Notes: generated from the sequence alone by a model not told the origin. Shown: positions 1-8,529, counted from the first letter of the stretch. The stretch: 17,229 nucleotides of DNA from Candidatus Methylomirabilis sp. (GCA_041498975.1 JBGQJI010000040.1:1-17229); one strand, 5' to 3'. A program made the numbers and translations.

Positions 1-139
1 CTTCCAGATGCGCCTCCTGCGCCGCGCTCGGCGCAAGCTCCTGTTGACCCTCCGCCCACGTTCCAAATCCGAAACCCACCAGTGCAAAGAGAAATGCGCT
101 GACAACGGAAAGGGTTTTGAGAGCCCTACAACATTTCAC
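1..139 (-). CDS. 5' part of a putative secreted protein (continues beyond window start)
   Basis: Not in the ORF track. On the - strand, GAGGAGGGAG SD then GTG at 139 opens MKCCRALKTLSVVSAFLFALVGFGFGTWAEGQQELAPSAAQEAHLE..., a signal-peptide-like N-terminus with no stop before the window edge. Confidence 0.65.
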   Translation of the reverse strand, partial: MKCCRALKTLSVVSAFLFALVGFGFGTWAEGQQELAPSAAQEAHLE

Positions 140-271
140 GTGTACTCCCTCCTCTATTCATTGAGACCTTCGGTCAGGACGCTGGGTTCGACCCCCGTGT
201 CACTCCTTGCAGGACCGCTCCAATAAGGCAGGCGCGCTCACACCTGACGTCCGGCCGTCTGACGTCACCCC

Positions 272-1675
272 TCACCGGAGCCACTCCCGCACGTCTGTCA
301 CCGCGCCCGCGATCGCCGCCGCCGCGACCATGGCCGGGCTCATAAGCAGGGTCCGTCCGGTGGGGCTCCCCTGGCGGCCCTTGAAGTTCCGGTTGCTGGA
401 GGAGGCGCAGATCTCCCGACCTTGCAGCTTATCCTCGTTCATCCCCAGACACAGGGAGCAGCCGGCCTTGCGCCACTCGAACCCGGCTTCCAGGAAGATC
501 TCGTGCAGCCCCTCGGCCTCGGCCGCCTTGGCCACCCCCTGCGATCCCGGGACGACGAGGGCCCGGATTCCCTTTGCGACCTTGCGCCCGCGGGCGACCT
601 CGGCGGCGGCCCGCAGGTCGGAGAGCCGCGCGTTGGTGCAGGAGCCGATGAACGCCACGTCGATGGGGGTCCCCGCAATGGTCCTGCCGGGATCGAGTGC
701 CATAAAGGCCAAGGCCTCGGCCCAGGCGGCCCGCTCTGCCTCGGGCGCCTCAGCCGGATGCGGAATCGGCTCGCCCACCCCCATGGATTGACCCGGGTTG
801 ATCCCCCACGTCACCATCGGCTGGATGGAGCCGGCATCGAGGCGAACCACGTCGTCAAAGGCGGCCCCCGGGTCCGTCGCCATGCTTGTCCACCACGTGA
901 CCGCCCGGTCAAAGGCCTCGCCCTTCGGCGCGAAGGGCCGGCCCTTCAGGTAACTGAACGTCGTCGCGTCGGGATTGACGTAGCCCACCCGCGCTCCGCC
1001 CTCGATGCTCATGTTGCAGATGGTCAGGCGTTCCTCCATCGACATCGCTTCGACGGCCGATCCGGCGTACTCATAGGCATACCCCACGCCACCCTTGACG
1101 CCGAGCCGGTGGATGATCGCCAGGATCACATCCTTGGCGTACACGCCGGGGCACAGCACGCCCTCCACCCGGATCTGCCGGATCTTGGGTTTGGCCAACG
1201 CCAGGCACTGCGTGGCCAGCACGTCCCGCACCTGGCTGGTGCCGACGCCGAAGGCGAGCGCCCCTAAGGCCCCATGGGTGGAGGTGTGGCTGTCGCCGCA
1301 GGCGATGGTCATGCCCGGCTGCGTCAGGCCAAGCTCGGGCCCGATGACGTGAACGATTCCCTGGCGGCCGCTGTCCAGATCGAAGAGGGGGATGCCGAAC
1401 TCCTGGCAGTTCCTGACGAGATGGACGGTCATCTCCTCGGCCAGGACATCACGGAAGGGGCGGGCCTGAGAGGCGGTGGGAACGATGTGGTCGATGGTGG
1501 CGAAGGTGCGGTCGGGGAAGCGGACCCGCAGCCCTGCTTCCCGGAGCATCTGGAAAGCCTGCGGGGTCGTGACCTCGTGGATGAGGTGCAGGCCGAAGAA
1601 GAGCTGCGTCTGCCCCGAGGGGAGCAGGCGAACCGTGTGGGCCTCCCACACCTTGTCGAGGAGCGTCTTTGCCAT
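272..1675 (-). CDS. leuC: 3-isopropylmalate dehydratase large subunit
   Basis: 467 aa. Aconitase-family motifs [42 protein letters not shown] (three [4Fe-4S] Cys) and [10 protein letters not shown]. Confidence 0.97.
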   Translation of the reverse strand: MAKTLLDKVWEAHTVRLLPSGQTQLFFGLHLIHEVTTPQAFQMLREAGLRVRFPDRTFATIDHIVPTASQARPFRDVLAEEMTVHLVRNCQEFGIPLFDLDSGRQGIVHVIGPELGLTQPGMTIACGDSHTSTHGALGALAFGVGTSQVRDVLATQCLALAKPKIRQIRVEGVLCPGVYAKDVILAIIHRLGVKGGVGYAYEYAGSAVEAMSMEERLTICNMSIEGGARVGYVNPDATTFSYLKGRPFAPKGEAFDRAVTWWTSMATDPGAAFDDVVRLDAGSIQPMVTWGINPGQSMGVGEPIPHPAEAPEAERAAWAEALAFMALDPGRTIAGTPIDVAFIGSCTNARLSDLRAAAEVARGRKVAKGIRALVVPGSQGVAKAAEAEGLHEIFLEAGFEWRKAGCSLCLGMNEDKLQGREICASSSNRNFKGRQGSPTGRTLLMSPAMVAAAAIAGAVTDVREWLR

Positions 1676-1684
1676 ACCGCCGCT

Positions 1685-1713
1685 ATTCTGGCAGATTGTC
1701 GCCCCGCGCGCAA
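1685..1713 (-). promoter_or_regulatory. Putative sigma70 promoter of leuC (TTGCGC-N17-CAGAAT, extended -10 TG)
   Basis: The - strand reads TTGCGC gcggggcgacaatctgc CAGAAT agcggcggt ATG; the -10 ends 9 nt before the start codon and no SD is visible. Confidence 0.45.
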
Positions 1714-1773
1714 GTGGCGTGGGGAGGCGGGGCAGCGCGTGATATGGCCGTTAGGGGGAATGGGGCTCGACCT

Positions 1774-1822
1774 AAGAAAAACAAAGCCCCCGGGACCGCG
1801 ACAATCGGGATGCCCGGGGGCT
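1774..1822 (-). terminator. Intrinsic terminator downstream of the small OB-fold-like gene
   Basis: 10-bp perfect inverted repeat AGCCCCCGGG (1785-1794) / CCCGGGGGCT (1813-1822), followed on the - strand by TTGTTTTTCTT. Confidence 0.75.
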
Positions 1823-1855
1823 CGCTTGTGAAATTCCCGCCTGAAGCGGGCTTGG

Positions 1856-2122
1856 TTACTTTACCTCGATCTTCTTCGCGATCGCCTGGTAGTGGACGGT
1901 CACCTTGTCGCCCTTTTTCACCTTCAGGTCCTTCAGGCCTTGGGTAGAGAATTCCCAGATCTCCCCGCCCTTATCCACGCTGACGGTCTTGGCCTTTGCG
2001 TCCACTTCGGTGACGGTCCCCGTCCACTGGTAGGACTTCGGACCCGCAGCGATCGATAAGCTCACGACGAACACCACCAGAGCAATGATCCCCACAAGCG
2101 CCACAACGGCTCGGCTACGCAT
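1856..2122 (-). CDS. Small secreted, lysine-rich beta protein (probable periplasmic OB-fold)
   Basis: 88 aa from ATG 2122, with AGGAGAGGAGG upstream. Signal peptide MRSRAVVALVGIIALVVFVVSLSIA, then YQWTGTVTEVD...LKVKKGDKVTVHY, a pattern typical of small OB-fold proteins. Confidence 0.75.
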   Translation of the reverse strand: MRSRAVVALVGIIALVVFVVSLSIAAGPKSYQWTGTVTEVDAKAKTVSVDKGGEIWEFSTQGLKDLKVKKGDKVTVHYQAIAKKIEVK

Positions 2123-2266
2123 CCTCAGGCCTCCTCTCCTGGGCGACGTATCTCTTCGCCCGCCTCTTGTTGGTTGTTGTTCGAATCTGATCCTATAACA
2201 AAGGGCCAGCAATCTCGGCCTTCCTCAGGAGGCCGTGAGGCAAAGCAAGCGCCCGCCACCTCGAGC

Positions 2267-3130
2267 TTAATTCTGCTTTGATTCGCGGTAGCCTTCCTTG
2301 ATCGCCTCGGCTTCCATCATGAATTTCCCTTGCTTGGTCTTTCCGAACCAGCGGTCACCTTCCTTGTGATAAATCTTTGACTCCGTGTTGACCCAGACCA
2401 TCCCCTTCGCCGGAGGGGTCAGCGCCTGCTCGGATGTCGCCAGGGCCTTCTCCTTTGCCCCCATTGCCTTTTCCTTCGCTGACTCAACCGCTTTTGTGGC
2501 GGCCGACACGTCTTTCTTCGGTGCTGAGGTGGCGGCCGCCGGGGCCGCTGCCGCTCCAACCGTCACCATGGGGGCGAGCTGCTTGATGAGCTTCTTCGAT
2601 AACCCGGCTTTCGAGAGATCGTTCACCGAAGCATACGGGCGGCCTGCGATGATCTTCTTGGCGGTGGCCGGGCCGACACCCTTGAGCGCTTCGAGGTCCT
2701 TCTGTGTCGCGGTGTTTAGGTCAACAGTCGCTTCGGCAGACGCGGAGACCTGAGGTTTCTTTTGCTCCTTCGGTGCTGGAGCGGGGGCCTCTTTGGCCTG
2801 AGTGGGTTTTGAGGCTGCGGCGGCAGGGGCGCCAACGCTGACGAGTGGGGTGATCTTCTTGATGGTCGCAGCAGGGACTGCAGCCTTCGAAAGGTCGGCG
2901 ACGGACGCGTACGGCCGACCGGCAACGATCTTCTTCGCCGTCGCTGCACCGACGCCCGGGAGCTCTTCCAGCTCTTGCTGGGTGGCCGTGTTGAGGTCGA
3001 CCGCGGCCTTCTGCTTCTTTGCCTCGAGGGAAGGAGAAGCAAGAAGGATGAGGGCAATGGCGGCGAGCGTTGAGTAGAGCGGAACGCAGGCCCTCAATCG
3101 TGTCATCGGATTTTCCTTTTGTGGCTTCAT
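2267..3130 (-). CDS. Secreted helix-hairpin-helix (ComEA-like) DNA-binding protein with two HhH domains
   Basis: Two copies of VDLNTATQ-x-LE-x-L-x-GVG-x-ATAKKI-x-AGRPYASV-x-DLSKA separated by Ala/Pro/Lys linkers; signal peptide ending ...SPSLEA. Start is ATG 3130 (GGAGG SD) or ATG 3106 (AAGGA SD). Confidence 0.85.
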   Translation of the reverse strand: MKPQKENPMTRLRACVPLYSTLAAIALILLASPSLEAKKQKAAVDLNTATQQELEELPGVGAATAKKIVAGRPYASVADLSKAAVPAATIKKITPLVSVGAPAAAASKPTQAKEAPAPAPKEQKKPQVSASAEATVDLNTATQKDLEALKGVGPATAKKIIAGRPYASVNDLSKAGLSKKLIKQLAPMVTVGAAAAPAAATSAPKKDVSAATKAVESAKEKAMGAKEKALATSEQALTPPAKGMVWVNTESKIYHKEGDRWFGKTKQGKFMMEAEAIKEGYRESKQN

Positions 3131-3215
3131 GAGTCGTTTCCCTCCAGAGGAGAACACGTTGCTCCAATGATTGTCCGCAGCCCTCACGGCGCAGCGTCTG
3201 CCAACACCTTGGTCG

Positions 3216-3244
3216 ATACTATACGACGCGTGTGAGCATGTCAA
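3216..3244 (-). promoter_or_regulatory. Putative sigma70 promoter of the HhH gene (TTGACA-N17-TAGTAT)
   Basis: The - strand reads TTGACA tgctcacacgcgtcgta TAGTAT, about 85 nt upstream of ATG 3130. Confidence 0.6.
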
Positions 3245-3264
3245 CAGCTGCAAAACTTATTGCG

Positions 3265-3435
3265 GATGCGAGCGCGGCCCGTCGGAACACGACTCTGGCG
3301 AGGCCTCTGTGGAAGAGAGGTCCCAGAGTAAAACCGACCGCCACGAAGCTGCGATTGCTCGGGTGGCCCCCCACTAGCCTGCATCTTTCACGAATATCTC
3401 CCCGTAGGGTCGCGGCGAGCGATCTGAACGGGGGT
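3265..3435 (+). ncRNA. Candidate structured non-coding RNA (unassigned)
   Basis: Nested stems 3265-3273/3377-3385, 3281-3285/3334-3338, 3292-3298/3323-3329, 3302-3308/3316-3322 and 3340-3344/3363-3367, plus a hairpin at 3400-3433. Most wobble pairs are G-U on the + strand. Confidence 0.3.
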
Positions 3436-3482
3436 TGCACAGCACGTGCTCCCCTTCCCCGTCACCACCCTGTCCCGCGCCT

Positions 3483-3568
3483 CCTCACCCCCGCCCTCTC
3501 CCCCCATCGGGGGGCGAGGGGATGTGGGGCTGGACCCTCTCCCTTGAGGGAGAGGGTGCGGGTGAGGG
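3483..3568. repeat. REP-like inverted doublet of the CCTCACCC-CCCTCTCCC..GGGAGAGGG type
   Basis: Hairpins CCCTCTCCCCCC-AT-CGGGGGGCGAGGG and CCCTCTCCCT-TG-AGGGAGAGGG, enclosed by the outer inverted repeat CCTCACCC / GGGTGAGG, just downstream of the cyclase stop. Confidence 0.75.
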
Positions 3569-3596
3569 TGTCACGCCTGTTCGCGAAGAATCCGGG

Positions 3597-4469
3597 CTAG
3601 TGCGGAATCAACGCCACGATCCGCAGCGGCCCGCCCGATCCGCCACCAATCTTCATCGGCAATGCGACAACCCAGGCGCCCCATTCCGGCAGGTCCTCAA
3701 GGTTGGCGATGTTTTCCAGGCCCGGCACGTTCGCGCCGTTGGCGATCTGATGGACGATGAAATCCGTCGATGGGCCGTAGTCGATGCTCGCCGTATCCAC
3801 GCCGAGCGCGGCGACCTTGCGCTCGATGACCAGGAGCTGCGCTGCTTCTTTTCCGTACGACGGGAAGTGAAGGTGTGACGCATCGCCCAGGGTGTCGTCG
3901 CCGAGATACCGCCTCCGATCAGGCCAGCGCCCCCCCCATCCTGTTCGGAGCAGCACGATGGCTCCCTGTGGAATCGTCCCGTTTGCCTGCTCCCAGCGTC
4001 GGATATCCTCGGTTGATAGCCGGTAGTCGGGATCGGCAGAAGCCTGCTTTTGGACGTCGATCACCGCACCGGGACCGATCAACTGCCCCACTGGAACCTG
4101 ATCCACGGTTCGCCGTCCTTCCGCAAAGTGGATCGGCGCATCGAAATGGGTTCCCCCGTGCTCCGGCGTGCAAAACGAGTTCGCCGCGTAGAAGTAGCCC
4201 GCCTTCGTTCTGCCGTAGCTGAGCCGGTTGAGTTGAAACGAGGACGGAGAGGTTGGCCAGTAGATGGTGTGTTTGTCGAAGGGGTACGTCAGATCGACGA
4301 TCCGAGCGTCCCTGAGGTCGAGGGCTTTCGGAGTCGCTGTGGCCTTCGTGCCGCCCGTATTCGTCGTTGGCTCCGAGGCCGGCGGGCTTTCAGCAATGGC
4401 AGGCCCGGTGAGCGACGCAACCAGCAAGGCCACGGCTGCGAAGACAACGTTCAGCGTTTTGGATTTCAT
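3597..4469 (-). CDS. Cyclase-family (kynurenine formamidase-like) metal-dependent hydrolase with signal peptide
   Basis: 290 aa from ATG 4469 (GGAGG SD). Signature HGGTHFDAPIH, LLRTGW, LGVDTASID, GLENIANL and GGSGGPLRIVA; N-terminal MKSKTLNVVFAAVALLVASLTGPAIA. Confidence 0.9.
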   Translation of the reverse strand: MKSKTLNVVFAAVALLVASLTGPAIAESPPASEPTTNTGGTKATATPKALDLRDARIVDLTYPFDKHTIYWPTSPSSFQLNRLSYGRTKAGYFYAANSFCTPEHGGTHFDAPIHFAEGRRTVDQVPVGQLIGPGAVIDVQKQASADPDYRLSTEDIRRWEQANGTIPQGAIVLLRTGWGGRWPDRRRYLGDDTLGDASHLHFPSYGKEAAQLLVIERKVAALGVDTASIDYGPSTDFIVHQIANGANVPGLENIANLEDLPEWGAWVVALPMKIGGGSGGPLRIVALIPH

Positions 4470-4515
4470 CACACCTCCCGGGATGGCCATGAAGATCATG
4501 GCCGCCTGGCCGGCA

Positions 4516-4725
4516 CTATTACAATCGCACCAAATAGGGTGTCATTGCGAAGGAACGAAGTGACCCCTTCGGGTATCCTCAGGGAAGGCTCCGCAATCTC
4601 ACCTGCAAGGCCTGTCCTGAGCCGAGTCGAAGGGCCTGTCCTGAGCCGAGCCGAAGGGTCATTTCGAGCAATGCAAGGAAGCTCGGAGGATTGCTTCGGC
4701 CGACATCGTCGGCCTTGCAATGACA
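4516..4725. repeat. Composite palindromic repeat element, copy 1 (TGTCATTGC...GCAATGACA)
   Basis: Terminal inverted repeat TGTCATTGC (4540) / GCAATGACA (4717-4725). Internal 24-bp tandem GCCTGTCCTGAGCCGAG(T/C)CGAAGG at 4610-4633 and 4634-4657. Colinear with the copy at 10645-10868. Confidence 0.85.
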
Positions 4726-4749
4726 GGCGAGGGGGGACATCCGGGCCGA

Positions 4750-5532
4750 TTACACCTTGCTATGGTTGGGCTTCCACTGCGACGTGCCGTCGGGAAGGGG
4801 GATCGGCTTGAAGTCACCGAAGAGGTGCGGGGCATCCGCTTTCATGATCTCGGCCACCTTCCCGAAGACGATGCGGATCTCCACCTCGGCCCCGGGCTCT
4901 GTCCTGGCTTCGATCACCCAGCGGAGCGTGCGGGCATTGGCGCTCCAGATGATGGTCGTTGCGACTCCGTCCGGGGCGACCCTGCGCATGGCAGAGGTGA
5001 GGACTTTCTTTTCGTGAAATGGCCGCCCCTCGATGTCTAACACTTCCGCCAGTCGCGTCTGAGCCTCTTCGCACTTGACCACGGTCTCTTCGAAGATCGC
5101 GAGCGCCTCCGGGTTCTCGCGGATCTCGGGTGGCAGCCACATCCCGATCTCGGTCAGTCGCACAAAGCGAAGGCTCTCCTGGCTGATGGCGGTCCCGGCC
5201 CGATGCCGCACAACCTCGTGCGTAAACACGCGGCTTACGTTGAAGAAGGCAAAGGTCCAGTTGGCGTGCTCGAGGACGCTGCCGTGCTTCACCGCCAGGA
5301 TATTCTCCAGATAGGTTTTGCTCCCCTCCCGGATCTTCGTCACATTGGGATTGAGACCCGGCTCGAAGGAGCGATAGCATGAGCGCCCTGCCACCTCGAT
5401 CAGTTTCTCCGCGGCTGAGGGCGCATCGGTGGCCCACCCTTGGGCCCCCACCGCCCGAAGGTAGGCGGCGAGCCCTGCCTCATTGATCGCCGGCCGGGCC
5501 AGAAGAAACACCTGCGGCTCCACCTGCTTCAC
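4750..5532 (-). CDS. thyX: FAD-dependent thymidylate synthase
   Basis: 260 aa, GTG start with GAGGAGG SD. HGSVLEHA and the ThyX signature VSRVFTHEVVRHR...SQESLRFV. Confidence 0.95.
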   Translation of the reverse strand: MKQVEPQVFLLARPAINEAGLAAYLRAVGAQGWATDAPSAAEKLIEVAGRSCYRSFEPGLNPNVTKIREGSKTYLENILAVKHGSVLEHANWTFAFFNVSRVFTHEVVRHRAGTAISQESLRFVRLTEIGMWLPPEIRENPEALAIFEETVVKCEEAQTRLAEVLDIEGRPFHEKKVLTSAMRRVAPDGVATTIIWSANARTLRWVIEARTEPGAEVEIRIVFGKVAEIMKADAPHLFGDFKPIPLPDGTSQWKPNHSKV

Positions 5533-5579
5533 GATGTCCTCCTCTTGTGGGGGGACGCCCCGCTCAGGGATGGTTGCCT

Positions 5580-5609
5580 ATTCTGATGACGCCGGCCAGC
5601 TCCCGTCAA
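5580..5609 (-). promoter_or_regulatory. Putative sigma70 promoter of thyX (TTGACG-N18-CAGAAT)
   Basis: The - strand reads TTGACG ggagctggccggcgtcat CAGAAT, about 48 nt upstream of the GTG. Confidence 0.4.
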
Positions 5610-5645
5610 GGGGAATTCTCGCTTTGCGATGCCGCAGAGTCTACA

Positions 5646-6488
5646 TCAACCCTTGAGTCGGAGGAGCCGGCTTGCGTTCTCCGAAAGGATCTTCGCGGCC
5701 GCCCCCTCGGGGAGGTCCAGGCCGGCGAAGTCCTTCAGCAGCTCTGCAGGGCAGAACATCGGGACGTCGGTGCCGAAGAGGAACTGGCCGGAAAGGCGCC
5801 CTTTCATGTCCCGCAGCGCCTCGGGAGGGAGGTAGCGATACCGCCAGCCTGAGATGTCTATATAGATGTTGCTCTTATGGAGCGCCATCGCGAGCGCCTC
5901 CAGGTGCCACGGCCAGCCGATGTGGGCGAGGACGATCGGCATTTCGGGGAAGGCGGCGGCGGCCCGGTCGAGCAGGATCGGCCGGGCGAGATCGATGCGC
6001 AGTCCCTGTCCTCCAGGGCAGCCCGCGCCGAGGCCGCTGGTGCCGGTATGCGTGATCACCACGAGACGAGCCGTCGCCGCGGCCTCGAAGAGGCGCATGG
6101 CCAGGTCGCCCGAGGGATCAAAGCCTTGCATGGTCGGATGGAGCTTCAGGCCAACCAGCCCGAGATCGGTGAGGCGCCGCACCCGTTCGGCCGCGTCGGG
6201 CCTGTAGGGATCAACGGAGCCGAAGCCGAGGAAGCGGCCGGGGAACCGCTTGACGACGCCCGCCACGAGGTCATTGGACAGGGGAGGGCGTCGGGTGGCA
6301 GTCTCGGCATCCCAGGCGAGCAGGACGCCCACCATGTCGAGTTCCTCGTACTCAGCGGCGAGGTCCTCCATTGGCCGGGCCGTCACCTTCGTGTGGAAGA
6401 ATCGCTCGGCCGATTCGAGATACGGCCCGAGGGCGCCCTCGAGCCACTCGGGCACAGGAAGGTGGACGTGCATGTCGATGGTAGCCAT
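5646..6488 (-). CDS. Amidohydrolase superfamily protein (amidohydrolase-2 type)
   Basis: 280 aa from ATG 6488. IDMHVH metal motif, GLKLHP, HTG, LAHIGWPW, NIYIDISG and LFGTD. Confidence 0.9.
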   Translation of the reverse strand: MATIDMHVHLPVPEWLEGALGPYLESAERFFHTKVTARPMEDLAAEYEELDMVGVLLAWDAETATRRPPLSNDLVAGVVKRFPGRFLGFGSVDPYRPDAAERVRRLTDLGLVGLKLHPTMQGFDPSGDLAMRLFEAAATARLVVITHTGTSGLGAGCPGGQGLRIDLARPILLDRAAAAFPEMPIVLAHIGWPWHLEALAMALHKSNIYIDISGWRYRYLPPEALRDMKGRLSGQFLFGTDVPMFCPAELLKDFAGLDLPEGAAAKILSENASRLLRLKG

Positions 6489-6528
6489 CACGACCCCATT
6501 GATGTCAGGAGCGCAGCCGCAGGCCACC

Positions 6529-6557
6529 TAGATAGCCTTCTTTCATCGCCCTGTCAA
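6529..6557 (-). promoter_or_regulatory. Possible promoter of the amidohydrolase (TTGACA-N17-TATCTA)
   Basis: Perfect -35 and a weak -10; divergent from the nuoG promoter. Confidence 0.35.
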
Positions 6558-6640
6558 GAAACAAGTCAGCAAGGAAGCGCCGGCGACCTTCAGGCTTATG
6601 GCCGGGTGCGAGCAGGCGGTTTTGACAGCCTGGTTTGGTG

Positions 6641-6669
6641 TTGACAGTGTTGGAGGGCTCCACTATAGT
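6641..6669 (+). promoter_or_regulatory. Sigma70 promoter upstream of nuoG (TTGACA-N17-TATAGT) with a dyad in the spacer
   Basis: TTGACA at 6641-6646 and TATAGT at 6664-6669; the spacer contains TGGAG-GG-CTCCA; a second TTGACA lies at 6622. Confidence 0.75.
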
Positions 6670-6753
6670 TGATTTGTGTGATTGCACCTAGGTCAAGTTT
6701 CGACCTGCGCAACAGCTTGGCGACCCCCTCAGCGGGTCGTGGAAATAGACGCG

Positions 6754-8388
6754 ATGGTTGACCTAATCATAGATGGGGTGGCTGTACAGGTTCCCGCCGG
6801 GACTTCAATCCTCGAAGCGGTTCACCGGACCGGACGCGAAATCCCTCACTTCTGCTATCATCCGAAGCTCCAGGTCGTGGGGAGCTGCCGGATGTGTCAG
6901 GTCGAGGTGCAAGGGGCGCCGAAATTGGCGATCTCGTGTGCTACTGCCGTGGCGGAAGGGATGGAGGTGTCCACCGCCTCCGAGCGGGTCACGAAGGCCA
7001 GAAAGGCAGTCCTCGAGTTCTTGTTGCTCAACCATCCGCTGGATTGTCCCGTCTGTGACAAGGGAGGTGAGTGCCCGCTTCAGGACTACACGCTCAAATA
7101 CGGCCCGGGTGAGAGCCGTTTTGTCGAGGAGAAGGTTCATCGGGTCAAGCATCAGCCGATCGGTCCGTTCGTCATCTTCGATGCGGAGCGGTGCATTCTG
7201 TGCAGTCGGTGTGTCCGTTTTTGCCAGGATGTGGTCGGCACGTCCGAGCTGGGCGTGTTTAACCGTGGTGACCGATCGGTGATTGGCCTGTTTCCGGGAC
7301 GGAGCCTGGACAACAGGTACTCGGGGAACGTCATCGATCTGTGTCCGGTTGGGGCGCTGACTAGCCGGGACTACCGCTTCAAGTCGAGGCCGTGGGATCT
7401 GGTCAAGCAGGTCCCCTCGGTGTGCGGCCTCTGCAGTGCGGGATGCAACATCGTGGTGGATGTCCGTCACAAGGAACAGAGTCAGCAACTCCTCCGGATC
7501 CGCCCGAGGATTAACGATGAGGTCAACGGGCACTGGATCTGTGATGAGGGCCGGTTTGATTTTCAGTTCGCTCAGGATCCAGGGCGGATTGCGGAGCCGT
7601 TGATCCGCCGGGATGGCGGGTTCCAGCCGGTGAGCTGGGACGAGGTGATCGGGCGGCTCACAGACTCCCTGTCGCGAATCCTCCGGGACAGGGGCCCAGC
7701 GGCCATTGGCGTGATCGCGTCTGCGCGGCTGACCAACGAGGAGGGCTTCCTCGTGCGTCAACTGTTTGCGGAGTCGCTGGGCATTGCCAACATCGATTAT
7801 CGGGTGAGGCCGTCTCAGGAGGCGGGAGGCGACGTTCCCGAAGATCATCTGCTTCGCCGGACCGACAAATACTCAAACTCGGCGGGCCTGCGAGCGCTTG
7901 GGCTCATTCCGGCAAGCGGAGGGCTGACGACAAGGGACATGCTGACCGCGGCGGCCGATGGCCGACTGGCTGCCCTGATCGTACTTGAGGAGGATCTCGT
8001 GACCGCCTTATCTGGAGAGATCGCCGCTGCGGAGGCGCTCCGGAAGCTGGAGTTCCTCGTTGCTTCCGATCTCTTCCTGACCGAGACGGTGAAGTTGGCA
8101 CACGTCGTCCTCCCTGCAATGAGCTTCTACGAGAAGGAAGGGACGTTCACGAATTTCAAGGGACGGATTCAACGGGTCGTGCCGGCGCTGGAGCCCTTCG
8201 GTGGGACGATCCCGCTCGCAGATATTCTGCAGCGCCTCGCACGTCACCTGGGTGTTCCATTGACTTGCGGGAGCCCGGATGAGGTGTGGAACGAGCTGGC
8301 AGGGTCAATACCTTCCTATGCTGGGATGACGTATGAGGCCATCGGTGATCTGGGAGAGCAGCCGGCGTATGCGGCGCTGGCAGGCTAG
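6754..8388 (+). CDS. nuoG: NADH-quinone oxidoreductase subunit G-like Fe-S protein (short form)
   Basis: 544 aa from ATG 6754. IPHFCYH...GSCRMC...ISC (2Fe-2S N1b), NHPLDCPVCDKGGEC (N5), RCILCSRCVRFC...CPVGAL (N4), CGLCSAGC...WICDEGRF (N7), and EKEGTFTN. Lacks the final molybdopterin-dinucleotide-binding-like domain. Confidence 0.85.
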   Translation: MVDLIIDGVAVQVPAGTSILEAVHRTGREIPHFCYHPKLQVVGSCRMCQVEVQGAPKLAISCATAVAEGMEVSTASERVTKARKAVLEFLLLNHPLDCPVCDKGGECPLQDYTLKYGPGESRFVEEKVHRVKHQPIGPFVIFDAERCILCSRCVRFCQDVVGTSELGVFNRGDRSVIGLFPGRSLDNRYSGNVIDLCPVGALTSRDYRFKSRPWDLVKQVPSVCGLCSAGCNIVVDVRHKEQSQQLLRIRPRINDEVNGHWICDEGRFDFQFAQDPGRIAEPLIRRDGGFQPVSWDEVIGRLTDSLSRILRDRGPAAIGVIASARLTNEEGFLVRQLFAESLGIANIDYRVRPSQEAGGDVPEDHLLRRTDKYSNSAGLRALGLIPASGGLTTRDMLTAAADGRLAALIVLEEDLVTALSGEIAAAEALRKLEFLVASDLFLTETVKLAHVVLPAMSFYEKEGTFTNFKGRIQRVVPALEPFGGTIPLADILQRLARHLGVPLTCGSPDEVWNELAGSIPSYAGMTYEAIGDLGEQPAYAALAG

Positions 8389-8399
8389 TGCGTAAGCAT

Positions 8400-8529
8400 T
8401 CAGCCATCGGCTATCAGCGATCAGAAATCAGCGCTCAGCGGTCAGCGTTCAGCTTTCAGCAAAAACTGGCTTGCTCCCGATGGCTGATATCTAAGAACTG
8501 AGAATTGACGACTGAGTGCTGAACGCTAC
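8400..8529. repeat. Inverted heptamer tandem arrays
   Basis: Nine TCAGCNN-type units (8400-8462), then about seven complementary NNNCTGA-type units (8481-8529). Confidence 0.85.

Noticed and set aside
180..200. tRNA T-loop-like GGGTTCGACCCC
   Set aside because: No full 5-bp T stem, acceptor stem or anticodon arm can be built around it.
207..1831. Long + strand ORFs overlapping leuC (and similar shadow ORFs over nuoG, moaA, moeA and iscS)
   Set aside because: Antisense or alternative frames of high-GC genes with no recognisable motifs.
3281..3341. c-di-GMP-II riboswitch (CGGAA...AACCGACCG ends)
   Set aside because: The internal kink-turn and pseudoknot sequences are missing, and the orientation is opposite to the adjacent genes.
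4610..4657. CRISPR-like 24-bp direct repeats
   Set aside because: Only two adjacent copies with no spacer and no cas genes; they are part of the palindromic element.
6754..8388. Formate dehydrogenase or other Mo enzyme served by the neighbouring moaA/moeA
   Set aside because: No Cys/Sec at the Mo-ligand position (NIDYRVRP, where FDH has a C/U-H motif), the C-terminal cofactor-binding domain is absent, and the N-terminal motifs are NuoG-type.
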